Counted from the first letter of the whole stretch, positions 1 through 14,700 are shown. The stretch is 61,801 bases of DNA, filler included, from Choristocarpus tenellus KU-1152 (GCA_964200185.2; 8 parts of 8 records of this genome joined end to end with filler, not necessarily neighbours in it), one strand, 5' to 3'. The notes: generated by a model not told the origin, from the sequence alone. Numbers and translations are program-made.

Positions 1-1290
1 CTGTTAGGGGGGGGGTGGGGGGTGGGGGTTGGGGGGTGGGGGTTGGGGGGGTGGGGGGTGTTCTATTTTTTTTTGTATGGGATTTCTTTTTAGTGTAATT
101 TGGTTGTTGCTGGGGTTCTGACTGGAATGATTTTATTGTACACTCTTATTTATTTTTTATTTTTGAACTGAGATATGCTAGAAGTTTGGGCCTTCATTGT
201 AGTGGGCAAGTGTTACTGTTATTGTTGTTCCTTAAAAGAAAAATGATTTGTGTGACAGGTGTTTTCGGGGATAGATATCACTCTTCCATACTATATATAT
301 TTATAAATATATAATTTTTGGTTGAAGTGTAAAACTTGTGTAAGTATTTCATTTTGTAACGGTAATATTTTGGAGCAGCTTTTTTTTTTTTAACTTGCTG
401 TGTTTAAACAAAAAAATCGAGATGGCAAATACAATGTTCAGAACATGGTACCAAATATAGGTCAAGAATAGTCTTGGGCCTGACGATTTTGTAACGAAAT
501 TGACCAACCAGATATTGGGGAAGTGAACCGAATGTTATGACGTTATAAGGTATACCGCCAATATACATACAAAATACTGCTGGGGGTATATGCTCGGTGG
601 TTCATACCACCATTTTTTTCTTTCAAACTAATATTGTTCCACTGAAACAGAATATATATATATATATATTATATATGTGTTGATGTATGGGGGTATTCTG
701 GTTGGTTGTGAACTGTTACAATCCAATCGTATTGGTTTGCTCACTGGGAGACAATCAGTGCTGTAAATAGTTGGAAGTGCTCTGGGGTTAGTCAAGTATG
801 TTTTTGTTTTTTTTACACTGGCTATATGTGAAAGGTCCTCACAAACAGTCCCAGGAGCGTTTTTCATGGCTACAGGTGGGACTTCGTGCTCTGTAGAGGC
901 TCTGGACACATCCATTCAATTTCCACCGGATACATGCCCCTCCTCAGTGCATTGCAGAGTTTGGCCTAAGGGGAGATGAATCGGGTCATGGGCCATTGGA
1001 GCAAAGGTCGAGATGTTTTGAAGAGTGACCAGTATTGTATTGCTGTGTGTAAAGGGCTCAAAGTTGTATGGCACCTCTTTCTAGTGCTCACGAGTAGAAG
1101 GTGATACTTTTTCGGGGGTACGCTTTTTCAATGCAGCGGTGGGGTAGGTGGTGGACAGATTCGAAGTGAATAAGAGAGGCACCCATGTTGAGGCAAAGTT
1201 GTATTTCCAGTCTTTTTTTCAATCTTTTGGTGATTTACCCATATATATTTTCTGCGTATGAACTCCTAGGTTTTTTGACCTGAGAGTGTT

Positions 1291-1347
<57 letters not shown>

Positions 1348-1397
1348 TAAAAAAAATCTGACGCGGTTCACGACATATTCGATACACATTTGTCAAC

Positions 1398-1431
<34 letters not shown>

Positions 1432-1458
1432 GTAATAATAATAATAGTACTAATAATA

Positions 1459-1489
<31 letters not shown>

Positions 1490-1490
1490 A
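1291..1490. repeat. (CT)n(TA)n and (AAT)n microsatellites
   Basis: Directly visible: CT/TA run ~1291-1342, AAT run ~1398-1490. Confidence 0.9.
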
Positions 1491-1840
1491 TAGAAGTCGA
1501 ATTTTGGTAACCGTTTGTCAGCGACCTTACCGTGGCTACTGTGGGTAGGTACCCTCTTGTTTACTTTCCTTTTTTTACCTAAAAATTAAGAATAGGTAGG
1601 TAGGATTATCTTAAAAATTAAGATGCCATTTCGAAGTGATGCCGTCTCTCCTTTTGATTTTGCTGTAAGGACACCACTCCTCTTGCAACAGCGACTTGTT
1701 GCAGCTCTGCTTTTGTATGCCGTGGATGTCTTGGTCGAGGTGTGAGGTTTTCTGTTGGGTTTTTTTGTTAGGGTTTTTGTTAGGTTCTCGGACTGTGCAT
1801 GCTCTGCATTGATGGCTCTGTCTTGGTGTGATTCCTACAG

Positions 1841-4800
1841 TTGGCTGTAAGGATCCTTTTCAGGTGGAATCCGCACTGTACCGGTAAGTTAGGGTTAGGG
1901 TTGCTCCACCGTTTTGTGACATATCTAGACATATGTGTGCGTATTGGAAATATACTTTCATTGTTGTTGCCTTAGGTAAGTGTACTAGTACGCACCTAAT
2001 GCGTGCTTTTTGATTAACTTGAAACTTGTGTAGTGGTGTAAGAATTGCATAGAAGGTACCTGATGTACAACGGTGGATGGGAAAATATAAATATAGATAG
2101 AGTCAAAGTATCTTAGAGGGTAGAGCCGCATCCGTTTGGGGCTCAAATCCAATGTTGCGATTTTGATGTAGTTTTGGCTATTGTGTTTGTTAGGAAGTGT
2201 CAATATACTTCTTCTGAGCACACCTTTTCATAAGGTATACCTTTTTCCTACTCTGAAACATTTCGGAGTAGGAAAAATGTCAAGGAAAACCCGTGGGAAG
2301 CCAAGCTCCAAATGGACAAACAGGGAAAAACTCGTACCCTCTAAGATACTTTCACTCATATATAATATCGAGCTTGAGTTGCAGTGTAGTGGATCATTCA
2401 GAGCAGCAGCAATCATCTACAAACGCCCATCAATCTCTACAAGATTTAGGAAAAGACGCCTTCTACGATATCCCTTCGAAGACTCTACCAATCCTAATAC
2501 TTGATCACCATTAGACGACAGAGAACCTTTCTTGATGGATGTAAAGCTTGGAACATAATTGTGCCTACCCATATATATATATATATATATATATGCCTGG
2601 TACATCTGGTTGTACTGCACAGTAACAGAAATGAATAGAAACAGTTGCGTAAGGGGGAGGGAAGATAACTGCATCATCCCACAGGTACCAAGGTTCAGCC
2701 TGAACTCCGTGCAGACACGCCCTTGTTGGATTGTGTGTCAGTCGTCACTACTATTTAGTAAGACATGGTGTTCTCCAAGGATAGATGTTACTGGTGCACG
2801 ATATCATGTTACCCCAATAGACAATACTATCTTGCAGTCTCTGCTACAGTAGACCGTAGGGTTGATTGTGTGGGTTCCACCTATCTCTCCTTGGACTGCC
2901 TGCCAGGCATATGTACTCCCAAGTATGATATCCGTAGGACATTTAACGCAATACGGCGTGCCCTTTTTTACTTTTTTTTTTAGTACAACGTACTTTTGTC
3001 ATAAAAAAAAAAACTCTATGATTCATTGACTGCATCAGTACTATGTAGTGGGGTATGTGTATTTTGTAGCTCTCAACTGGTACCTGGTGAAAAGATAAAC
3101 ACTCTTGGGACTAACTGCCAACAACCAACCACCATCCCCCCATCCGCTCCCCCTCCTTTGCTGCGTCTCTACTAATGGTATGCACGATAATGGCCTTGCA
3201 GAAAGGTGGCCATGTTCTACTCCATGAGGCCTGATGGCCAGTTCGACGACTTCAGTCTCCATGGGGCCTGTCCTGTCATAAAGGGTATGGTGCCTTCTCC
3301 CCATTTCCCCCTAACCTATGTGTATACCTCCCCCTTCTGCCACATTTCCTTCATGTTCTCCTGAAACACAATCTCATGGGAAATCTTAAAGAAGGTGGTT
3401 CTCCAGCCCCCTCCCTGAAATAACTCCTCCACTAATTGACACGATATATTGGTAGGTTTGCTCTCTAGGTACCGAGTTTTACTGCACAATGAGCGACCAC
3501 AGCTGTATTGAGGTGTCCCATCTTGCCTTTTGCCCAGTGTATGGGTATGCTCACTGTTGAGACCGTTGCTTGTGTTCGTTTTTACCTCTGTGCTCCTTCC
3601 TAACGCTTGCCAATTGAGTAGGGATGGGTGACCGCCTGGATTGTCATGGCTGTTTGTGGTTTGACAGTAAACTCATTGTGATCGATGGGAAGGATTCTTT
3701 GTGTACTTACTGCCCCTTCCTGTGCCTGCTATTTGCGTGCCACCCCGTCTGGTTGTGGGTGTGGCATCTTTTGACCATCTTCACCCCTTTGATTTGTCTC
3801 TTAAGCCCCCTGTTGCCTGTGCCTACTGCATTTCGTTTTTTAGCATACAACCTTTCTTTTCTGTCCCCTATATTGATAGCGTCCTTGCCTGTGTGTGACA
3901 AGCCCATTGGTGTTCATTTTTGTATTTTGTTACTATGTACTGATATTTTAGTCACTGTGCTTCCAAGGAGTACAGTGGAGCTTTAGTGGACTTTCCTCTC
4001 ACCGCAACTCAAAAAGTACAGTTCCATTATTGGCTCTTTTAAAGTCAAGAACTGTTTTTTATTTTCCACGTTTTAAAAGGCATTATTTCCGATCACATGT
4101 ACTACTTAGGTATGCCCCCCCCTTTGGTGTGTAGTAGTCTGCGTCTTGGCAAAGATTCGGCTCTTGCATGCAATCAAACAACAGTTTATTTTGTTTATTT
4201 TCCTGAGCTTTTCGTGTAAAGAACACAATCTGAATGCCTGAACGGGAGAGAGAGGAAGGAGCAATTCTATGATGCCTGGATAACTTATCTTGCCCTTGCT
4301 TCGTACACAAACGCTTTCGCTCTTCTGTTAGTTACTATTGTCTATAGATTTCATGGTTGATATATTGGAGCCCCTGACCATAATGACGTCAACATCTCTA
4401 TAACGCCTCATCTTTTCCCCACGACAATGCCGCCAAATCATGTCCCAGGGCAAAAGTGGGCAGCGAATAAATGGGTTTGGTCTGCTCCAGTCCACGTGAG
4501 TAGTATCATACTGTCAGTGCTTGTCAGTGCTTACAGTGTACAGTGCGTGTATCAAAACCTTGATAAGCTAGATGAAAGACAAGTCTCGTACGAGCCTTAG
4601 TGCTTGCTGCTTCAAAGCGTGCGATATTATCTTTGAGAGAGAGGGTTGTGTTAGGGGAGTCGCATGCCAAATGCATCCTATCATCTCAGTGTGGTATACA
4701 TGCATCCTATTCGATTGGTAATATATATTTTTCAAATTTTGCATTTTGTACAGTTTCCTCTACCCCCTCGACGTTTTTTTAGCCTTGGTATTGTATGTTT

Positions 4801-5038
4801 TATTTTTCGTTTTTTGATGTATTTTTTTCCCTGGAAGTTTACGTCTGTTTTTTGTCGTCTACCAATGTGGTCGTTTGACCTTTTGTTAAATAATGTTTGC
4901 CAGCTGCCCATGGAACATTTTTACCTTATACTCCCTAACAATATGGTGTCTGCCAATTTGTGTGTGCACTACTTGTGCATACATATGCATGTTATGTGTG
5001 TGCCTTCTTGTTAGGAAAGGAAACAACAGTACTACTGA
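1841..5038 (+). CDS. Prolyl 4-hydroxylase-like 2OG-Fe(II) oxygenase, C-terminal exons (partial)
   Basis: Exon 3202-3284 reads KVAMFYSMRPDGQFDDFSLHGACPVIKG. It splices in phase 1 (g|GTATGG..CCCAG|gg) to exon 4449-4495, QKWAANKWVWSAPVH, giving the P4H C-terminal signature (H-G-x-CPV..G-x-KW-x-AN-x-W). Tentative extra exons: ~1841-1883, 2685-~2709 (GTKVQPELR) and 5015-5038 (ERKQQYY*). Confidence 0.8.
2100..2357 (+). mobile_element. MITE family A, copy 1 (~260 bp, ~23-bp TIR, 3-bp TSD)
   Basis: GAGTCAAAGTATCTTAGAGGGTA...TACCCTCTAAGATACTTTCACTC, flanked by ATA/ATA. Four more copies in the window. Confidence 0.85.
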
Positions 5039-7099
5039 TGAAGAATTTGCACGCCTTGTAGAATGTAAACCTCGCTGCTAGCGTTACCCTAAAATGTTGG
5101 GTCATATTTGGGTCATAATTTGTGTTACTCGTGATGACAACGGTAGGGTCCGATTTGCTCTATATTGTGTAGGGTTAGTGCTGTGCAATGTTTGTTACAA
5201 GAACAGCGCTTGATGCTATTTGATCCGCAATGTTCGTTATCGATCAAACTCTCCATTCCTTATTTGCCCCACATCACCTGTTTGTCAAGAGTCATTGCCT
5301 TTGGTCGTTATTTACTAGAATTATTGTTCCGCCGTCGACCCACTAACCTACTATAGTTCTTTCACATACAAGTATTAAAATATCTAAAAAATAGAGATGA
5401 GTGATAAATGGAAGAAATTTGATATGAGAAGAAGACATAATGCGAAAATTTAAAGGTATATACTTCCTCACCAGACATCTGTAATAAACACTAGTAGGAA
5501 AATGTAGTAAATAGTATGTATAAAGATTGATAAAGGAGTAATATGTAGAGCCAAATTATTAACTACAAAACAATAAAACCTGTTAATCCTGAGGTAATTT
5601 TTATTTTGAACAGTGTGTTTTTAGAAGGTGGTGTAGTTTCTTGGTCTATATTCTATGTATTAAAAAAAATGTAGACATTTTTTTTCATTATTTATAATAG
5701 TATTTAATGATATTAATAATAGTCGATGAAATCCAAAAATAGCTAACACCCATGAAAATTTGTAGTTTTACCTAAGATAGAGTTAATTCGCACTTTGACG
5801 TTTGTACTCCTTGGGACGTTTTGTTCTATAACACGCATTGTTTCTAAGACAATGATCAGGTCCATTTTCTCCATGATGCCTGCTGTCCAACAAGGTTATG
5901 TCTGTCGTGTGTAACACTAAAGTAGATTAATTTGTGTGATGCGGGTGTTTCGTTTTCCGAGGTGTGAAGAATTTTTTGGGTGATCCTACAAATTGGGGGG
6001 GTTATCCACCAGGGAACTGAAAGAAAGGACGAGGTAAGACACCCCACCGAGGGAACCTCTAGAATATAACAAAGGCTTCGCTCTTGTCAAATGCACAGCC
6101 ATCAATAGCTCACGTGTCCAGGCACTTTTTATGTTTCTTGCTTGTGCCTCTTCATTCACCTTACCAAATGTACATCATATGAACTGTCAACCCCACGGCT
6201 GTATATTGTAGGTATTTGTACCCACCCTCTTGCACACGCAATCGCTCTCTCCCAGATCAAGCGCACAGTTGAATCAGTTGACCTTTGACTTACGAAATAT
6301 AGGATGCTGATATTCCGTTTTCTCGACACATTGTGCTCTCAGTTTGGTGGGTGAAAGTGGGATCTTCATTGTGAAAACGCCAGACAATAACACCAAGAAA
6401 ATGACCCATCAGCGGGGATAAGCTAAGGGACAAAGTTTTCTTCAGTACTGACCTCCACTGCTTGAGCTGTACACTGATGTGTTAATGCAGTTCGAAGTGT
6501 TGTGTGTGGTTTCATAGGAGGGATTTCCCTGGGTCGTGCTGTGTGCTCGGTTGTGTGTGTGTGTGTGTACGCTTGAATCTGTCATGCTCTAGCCATGTGT
6601 TCATATACTCGAGTGAGAGAAGTGCTACATACGTTATGGAGTACTTCAAGGGACACCGATACTTTTTTGTTTTTGTGTTTATGTTTACCTTTATGTTGTG
6701 TTTGTTTTGTACTCCAGATTTGCTGCTCCTACTCTCCACTTACATACCAAACTCCGAACGAGTATTTGTTATGAGGGATTAGTAAAGATTATAGCAATAG
6801 TCAGTGTAATTTCAGGTGTCTGTGAACCTCCTGTGGACTTTACGTTTGTCGTTTGTTACAAGTAAGCATTGTAGCAATTGTGATATCCACAGTGGCATTA
6901 ACCTGGTTGCGTGTCTCAATCGTATTCTGTGCTCTTCACTCCTATCTGTTACAGGAGAAAGCATTTTGTTGTAAGATAATTTGGGGCAAGTGTTTGTGAC
7001 TGCCAACTAGGGCATGCATGGTTGTCAGATATATTCTGTGCTTTGCACTAGCTAGTTGAGAATGTGATACTCATTGATCCGCATTGGATCCAGTGATAG

Positions 7100-8895
7100 T
7101 GTAGAACTCTGCTATAGACCTTATTTGTTCCAAATCTGAGCTATAATTATTCACAAACCAGAACATTCATGATGCTATTTGAAATCTCAGAGCAAGACGA
7201 CCTTTCTTGTGGTAACTGATATGAGTCCCCCTTGCTTGAGATAGTCCAGAGTGAGGGGAAGTTTTAAATGTGTCGAATTTGTGCAGAGGATGTTCACAAA
7301 AAAACACTTTTTTGAGTGAGGAAGGCAGGCTCATTGTACTGCTTCTTCGTTCTTGGTGTGATACCTTCTCCCAGCTCCCACTTACTGAAGGGTTGTCCTT
7401 ATTTCGATGCCCCAACTTGGGCCACCGTCAAGTCCTCCTGTAGGCACAGCAGCCTTCGATTTGAACACATGATATGTTCTTGTTATGCTTAATTGCAATC
7501 TCCCCCTTTCTCCTGATGACCTTGGTCTCGACCGGATAATTTCTACTTAAAGCTTGCACTTACACTCTTCAGGTGGATTGCTCAGGGCCTTCACTCGACC
7601 CCTAAGTTATCCTAAGAGTGAGAACTAGTCATTGACAGCATGGATTCCCAGGGTTCTCAATCCTCCTTACTCTTCATGCCTTCCGCCTCTGATCCTCCTT
7701 GCACTTCACTGGATTTAACCCTATTATTGGGGAGATTCGAATTTCTACGCCATTGAACTGGACTTTTTTTTTTGTTTCTGAAGCATTTCTGAGGTACACC
7801 CTATAACAATATCTGACTTGGAACTTTCTTTCAAACCGCCTCCAGATCCTTTATGCTTCAGTCTCAGTCAGTTACTTCGAACATGGCTTGCCCTGTCCAT
7901 ATTTTCGCAACTCCTGGCATGAAGCTTTTAGGAACTTGATCCTAGTCCATGGGCATCACCCTTGACTGGAAAAGAGGTTTACATCAGCCTCCTTCACTTG
8001 ATCTTGCTGGATCAAGCTTTCACTAGTTCAAGATTCCCCGCTGCTAGTTTCCTAGAGAACCTAGCCCCTGTCTCAGTCCTGGTGTGACCGATTTTCCCGT
8101 TGAAGGCCAGCGAAGCATCATAAGCTTGATGAGCTTCTGACCCACAAACTACCTAATGCTGGACAGGTTTGAATATCCTTTGAATATTCTTTGAAGTATC
8201 GATCTTCCTATTGACTTCCCTCAGCGGGGTGGGATTGTCCCAAAGGTTGCATGCACATATACTGAAGATTTGTATTAGTGTGTGCTCGATTCTTACGTTG
8301 GTTTCTTTAGTTTGGGGAGTTTCAATATAATCGTTTTTCGCCAGTATTGGTACAGCAGCAGCCCTACTATCTTTTGTGTTTAAGGACACGGTACTTGGTT
8401 TGCTAGCAAGTATCCAACTTACTTTTCAGGATATTATTAGAGTTGGAGATTGGAGATGAAGAGTGTCCTGATGGATTCTCTGGAGCTAAGCTTACTCCAG
8501 AAACTAGTGAAATATTTCTAGCTACAGCTATATATTTGTCTTTTTAGTTAAACAAAAACGATCGGCATCATTTCCCAATCAAATGACAGCTAATTCCAAG
8601 ATATTCTTGATAGTGGATTCTTCAACTCTCTGATTTCCCTGAATATCTATTTTCAAAACTTCGCTACAAAGTTGATTGCAATTCCTCTCGTTTAAGATAG
8701 TTCTGTTTTTGCCTGCATACTATTTATTATATTCACATACCTAATTTTAATATAGGCTAATTCTCTAGGTGTTACAAAACCAGAATAATCCTCGTGTACA
8801 TTAACAATAAACCCCTTTATTTTATTAGGAGATTCTTTTTGAGGTGTTTTAATTATATAAAATTCGTACAATAGGTTCCACCTATTTGTCACCGA
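7100..8895 (-). mobile_element. Possible highly decayed retroelement gag-like region
   Basis: Purine-rich, intron-free decayed coding-like stretch with a possible zinc-knuckle remnant (..RWPKLGHRNKDNP, ~7395-7430). No RT or integrase motif seen. Confidence 0.25.
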
Positions 8896-8997
8896 TTTGT
8901 CATGGAGTACATTTTTTTTTTTTCATCGTGAGATCATACTCATTTTTTATATATTTTTCCGTGTAGGTAGGTTTATATTAGTTTTTTTTGTAGTATT

Positions 8998-9141
8998 TAA
9001 CAGCCTCTCAGCAAAATTGAGGATGGAGCATACTATGGAGGATGGGTTTGACCCAAAGTTGTGCGCGGAAAGTGTCCATATGTTTTTTTTTGTAAATGTT
9101 GCGGCTCTTTTAAAGGGCCCCTTTTTGAATGGGAATCCTTG
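8998..9141 (+). mobile_element. MITE family C-related terminus, cut by contig end
   Basis: TAACAGC...GAGGATGG...ATGGAGGATGG...GTGCGCGGAAAGTG matches the TIR arm of 39832-40033 and is the reverse complement of 51682-51758. Confidence 0.75.
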
Positions 9142-9241
9142 NNNNNNNNNNNNNNNNNNNNNNNNNNNNNNNNNNNNNNNNNNNNTTAATTAATTAANNN
9201 NNNNNNNNNNNNNNNNNNNNNNNNNNNNNNNNNNNNNNNNN
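9142..9241. other. Artificial contig spacer (N44-TTAATTAATTAA-N44)
   Basis: Identical 100-nt spacer with six-frame stops. Also at 22713-22812, 30992-31091, 41214-41313, 47102-47201, 51582-51681 and 56336-56435. Confidence 0.97.
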
Positions 9242-11719
9242 GTCCGCCTTGCCGGTGATTCTCTTCGCCACCCTTGCCTGAGTGAACCACGCCACCACAG
9301 AATCACACGATTCACATTATTGATGATCTCATTAAGGAGTATGGTTAGATCCTGTGTGCTGCGTACTGATTATGCTGAGTCCCTCCAATTTCTCATGGGG
9401 AGCGGTGGAAAAAATAAGCAGTGGACCTTGTACCTCAGGAGTTTCAATCGGGATAAATATCCGATTTAGCTTCAAAACATACCGCTTATGTGATAGTTTT
9501 TTCGGATCTTTCACTAGGCCTGCAAATTGAAAAGGCCCTTTCCATTGGCTGGACCAGTCCCAGAATTATTTACCAAGTTCTCGTTTATGTCCAGTAGGTA
9601 ATTGAACCGGTTTGTGTCTTCAGGCTGGACTGGTCCCACAAATACTCAACATGTCCTGGTATACGTCCACTAGATGTAGAACCAATCGATGTCCGCCTCC
9701 GAAGTATTTCAAAATTTCTCTAGCCGATGTCTATTGGATATTACACCAGTCTATATGAGCCGGCTGGACCGGTCTTAGTACCATCAAACATGTCCGGACT
9801 TTGTCTAATAATGGGGAATTGTACCACTCCGTGTTGCTGGTTAATAGTCTTAACTTCTTTCTGCCATATCTGGACTATGTCCCCTCCATGTTACTAGTCC
9901 AACAATTAAAATGTTTACCTGGCACTGTACAAATTGAAAGTTAACATGTATACTTCAGTACATGGATGTAGATGGGAAAATACCAAGAGTCACCCGAAAA
10001 ATTTACACAAGCCAACAACACGACTATATTGCCCCAGTGGTATGAGTATCCATGTCGCAAGGCAGGGTCCACTCGGTCATGGAGATTATTCGTTGTCACC
10101 AGATACATCTTGAGGCGGTTTTTTCAGCGAAGATGTACAGTGTGCGAAGCCTCTACCCTTCGCTTGGAATTATCCCTCGTCTTTGTGAGACATATCCAAT
10201 AATAATAATAATAGAAATCAACAGTAGTACCACTCTACATCTCCATGGTGGTAAAATTTTGTTTTTATTTGTAGTACCTCAGTTTACATAACGTGATGCA
10301 AAATCTAATACAGTAGCAGTGCTCACCGAACATACCCGATCAATCGACACGTACTTGGTACTGCAAACAGATACACCCGAGAGGGACACAGAAAAAGCAA
10401 TATCTGGCATAACCTGGCCATGTTGCCTCCAGTAGGTTAAGTGGAAAGCAAAAAAAACTCACCTAGAATGTAACAGGTGATACAAAGGAAGTGTAATAGG
10501 AGTAGGCAAAAAGGAGGGCAGACAAACCATTTTCACAACTTCCCACATAGCACAGAGATGAAACATAAGGAAAGTACATTCTGCAAGGGCAAAGTACAGA
10601 AGATAAATAGAGAAGCAACTACCACATTTCTTCACCTCTCACACAAATGCACACACACACACACACACACACCAGGACTCACTGCCAGGGAGGCCCACAC
10701 TACAGAAACCACAAACAGCAAATATATCTCAGCAACACCTGCCTCAACTTGTACCCTTTTGTGACATAAATCGAATTTGCTCGCATGTGGAACTGAATGA
10801 GGCATGCCTATCATATACCTAAGCAGCAGTACTACCACATCAATCGACTTGAACTACTCTGCTCCTGTCATGCACAAGGAGGAAAAAAAGTTGCCTACAA
10901 GCCATAACAGGCAGCTACTACCGGTTTTCACTCGACAAAGTACAACTGTAATAGTGTGCTGCTGCAAACACACTGCTTGTACTCTGTAAAGCATTCTTTC
11001 TTCAAGGTGTGAACACAATTCTCCCTAACCTAGACATGTACAGATTGTGTTCAAATGCATACCGACCACTTCCCACAATCAAGCAACTCACTTGACAGCT
11101 GTGTACCCTTTACCCATACAGTACTGTGACTGGGAGTACAACACAAATCACCACACAACCACATTCAAGTGTCCACCCCTATCAAGGGCACAACTTGCCC
11201 TATGCCATGAGAATGAGAACTTCATTAAAAGTATAATGTACACATTGTGTCTCCATGCATGGTTCACTGGTGTCCATACATCTTCAAGCCATACTGGATA
11301 GCCTCCCTGCCCCCCCGCCCCACCCCTCATGCACATTGAAGCAGGGTGAATCCAGAGAGCAGTATTTCAAGCCATAATGCGCAACTTTCAAGACCAGCCT
11401 CATTGAGGCTACCTAGAAACAAGACCCACAGTCTTCATATTCAAATCACAAAACAATAAAAAAAGGGATCAAACCTACCCTAACCACAAGTTCAAACCTA
11501 CACAACACAGGTGCTGTTAACATATCACGAGTGGCACATACTTTACTCTTGTCATGGCAATCAACACCACAAAGCTAATAGTAATCAGGGGTATTTGATG
11601 GATGCTGAGTAGAAGACACCCTGTTTCCTCGACACAAAGAGCAAAAGGATGACATTAAAGGAAGATATAAATAGTTCCTCTCTGCTAGCATCAATTTGGT
11701 TAATCCGACTCAGTCAAAA

Positions 11720-14700
11720 TTAGGCAGTGATGACACGGATGCTGTTGGTTGACCCAGAAGTCGCCTCCTTCATTCCATGTACACACACAACCTGATCTCC
11801 TGGCTTGATCCAACCATTACTCTTCCCAATGTCAATGGCACGGAAGACAATTGAGTCAGTGCCGATCATTGATCCGATCACCTGCAATAGAAATATTCAC
11901 ATTACCACATTGCTGTTAGAGTCGCTCAATTGGACTACTCAAGTCATTACGGCAGCAACCATTCAGGGCACCAGTCTAATTGCGTAAGTTGTTCATCCAC
12001 AGCCCTCTTCAAATACATGAGATGAACAAGCTTAGAAATAAAGAAACTGCTGTGGAATCATACTGTTTCTTGCTTTTCCAGAGGAGATTAGGAAGGTCGT
12101 AAGAAATAATATATCTAGCTTTAAGCAATGCTGGAAAAAAAGCGGATTCAATGATCACAATAGCTTGTAATTCTAGAAGCAAAGCAAGCTGATCTACAGG
12201 AAAAAATGGATGCTTTTATTCCCAAAAACTCCCTATACATTTTACTATATATTTTCGTTTCAGCATAATCTGCAATGATGCTAGCTAAATTTCTTGTGCA
12301 AAATTTTGCAAACTGGAGTAGGGATAGAAAACTTGCAGAGGATACAAGAAGACACACCTACAATGTAATGAACAACACACCTTCTCCCCATCGTATCTAT
12401 GTCAATATCTACAGTGTTTCATATTGGCCACCCTTGAAACACCATCATACCCTGGCAACATAGACCCTTCATCAAAACCATTAGGCACCATCTCCAAGAG
12501 GTCAAGGTGCCACACTGCCCTCCCCCAATACCCTACACCCAAATCAACTCAAACCCTGACTGACAAACAGGCATCCTCTCTCATGCACCAACTCCAACAG
12601 TCACCTGAGTCTCAACACCACGGCAGAAGCCATTGCACTGACGTGCAACATCATGCTGAGCAGTGTAAGCAATGATAGGAGCAAGAGGCCTGTACTTGGC
12701 AATGAGGCGGGCAGTAGTGCCAGTCTCCGTCAGAACCACAATCATCGGGGAATCAAGGTCAATTGCAGTCTTCACTGCAGAGGACGCAACGGACTCTGCT
12801 GGGGTCATGACGTACTCATCTTCCCTCATAACAGTGTTACGCATTGCCTGAGGAATCCCAAGGAGAATGTGCATGTTTGCAGTATGAGGGTTGACTGCTT
12901 AGAAGAAAAAAAAAAAGCAATAGTGAGGTTTGCTTCGATAACGATACTTCTATAATGATATTTCAGATCAGCATCAACAGAGAGTTTGACTTCGTAACTA
13001 CAAATACAGTTTTCAAAACTAGAAAGAAAGGTGTAATAATATATTTTACCCATTCTGCAGGAACTTGAAGACAAACACGAGGCAACAACAGAGTCTTAGC
13101 ATACATAACAACTTGTACTTTAATACACCCCACCCTTGTCAGTCAAATTCATAATAAAAATAACAATACTACAGAGACATTGCAGGCTCACAAGAACATG
13201 TAATACAAAAGTACCTTACGATGATCTATGCACTTAGATCAAGTTTATCACTCACCACTTGAACTGTAAAAGAAAAAAGGATGGCCTTGATTGGAATCAA
13301 GTGAACACTCACCCAATCGAAATCAACAAGCACGAAATTAAACTCACACCCACATACAATATGATACAAAAAATAATACAGACTTCACTATCTATCCCCT
13401 CAAAAAAAGTTTGCCGTACTACTTCAAAATACAGCACCTGGAAAAGGTTTCCATAGTTGAGGGCATTTTCTGCCTCACAGCAAATGCGTGCCATGATACC
13501 CACAGCATCTGCAGGGTACTCCCCATTGGCAGTCTCCCCAGAAAGCATCACGCAGTCTGTACCATCAAGCACAGCATTAGCTACATCTGTGCATTCTGCC
13601 CGAGTGGGTCTGAAAAAGGAAGAACACAGGTGTATTTTATCAGAATCAAATTACAGGGAGAGCATGAGAGGTGAAGGTTAGAAGACGGGTTGAAATATCC
13701 AAGTCACAACTCAATTCCTCGTACAGAATTCAACTCCAGTGAATTGATACATGTACAATCCTTGCTGGAAATGAGGTCCTTCAGTTGATGGGGGGGGGGA
13801 ACAGAGGTACAATTTCTCCCACCTGGGGTTGGTGATCATGGACTCAAGCATCTGAGTGGCAGTTACAACAGGCTTCCCCATGATGTTGGCTCTTCGGATC
13901 ATGTACTTTTGTGCCAGAAACACCTAATTTGAATTCCACCAACACCACATTCAAAGAGTCATAGCAACAAGACACGTAGAGACCAACTAATATTTAGTAC
14001 AAAGGACTCACATGCTGTAGATGGAAATAGCACAGTAGATCAATAAAAGACAACACAAGCAGGTGGATGAGAGAAGAGGGGCAGTACGTGGAAGAAGTTG
14101 TCCTGTCTACACATCATACCTTTCTAAATATTGTATATATTATTGAACACCACTTCAGAGATGGGTTCAGTCCTTCCACAAAACACACAGAAGACCCTAG
14201 ATACACACTACTGCCCAAACCCCCACCTATAAACACACAGCCTTGGCAATTAAGCATCTCCAGCATCACAGCAAACCTCATTTTTATCAATTAATTCTAT
14301 GCTGTGTATGAGTGACTCACATGTTCACTACCCTTCTTACCCTTCAGTCAAGATGAGACTTCACTACAGCGTACACACAGTTTCTTCAAGTACCCCTCTG
14401 ACCTTCTCGGGTGCAATCTCCATACCCATGTCTCCACGAGCCACCATGATGGAGTCCGTCTTATTCAAGATCTCGTCATAGTTGTCAATACCCTCCTGGT
14501 TTTCAATCTTGGCAATGATCTGCTCTCGTTTACACACACAACACACAATCAGAAAAGTAAAAATAAGAAACAAAATACTAAATGTGATAATAAACAAAAT
14601 TCTAGGGTGCAAACAAGATGCAACAAAATCAGAACCCAACAAAACAGAACCATGTACCATAACATTGACTACACATTAAAAAAAAATAATCCAACCCAAA

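Noticed and set aside
2685-3205. Apparent non-canonical intron in the P4H gene
   Set aside because: A later phase-2 GT donor (GTCAGT) or a single-base error gives a normal GT-AG solution; cannot be decided without RNA data.
9142-9241. Recurrent TTAATTAATTAA palindrome within N runs
   Set aside because: Identical in all seven gaps; an artificial six-frame-stop linker.
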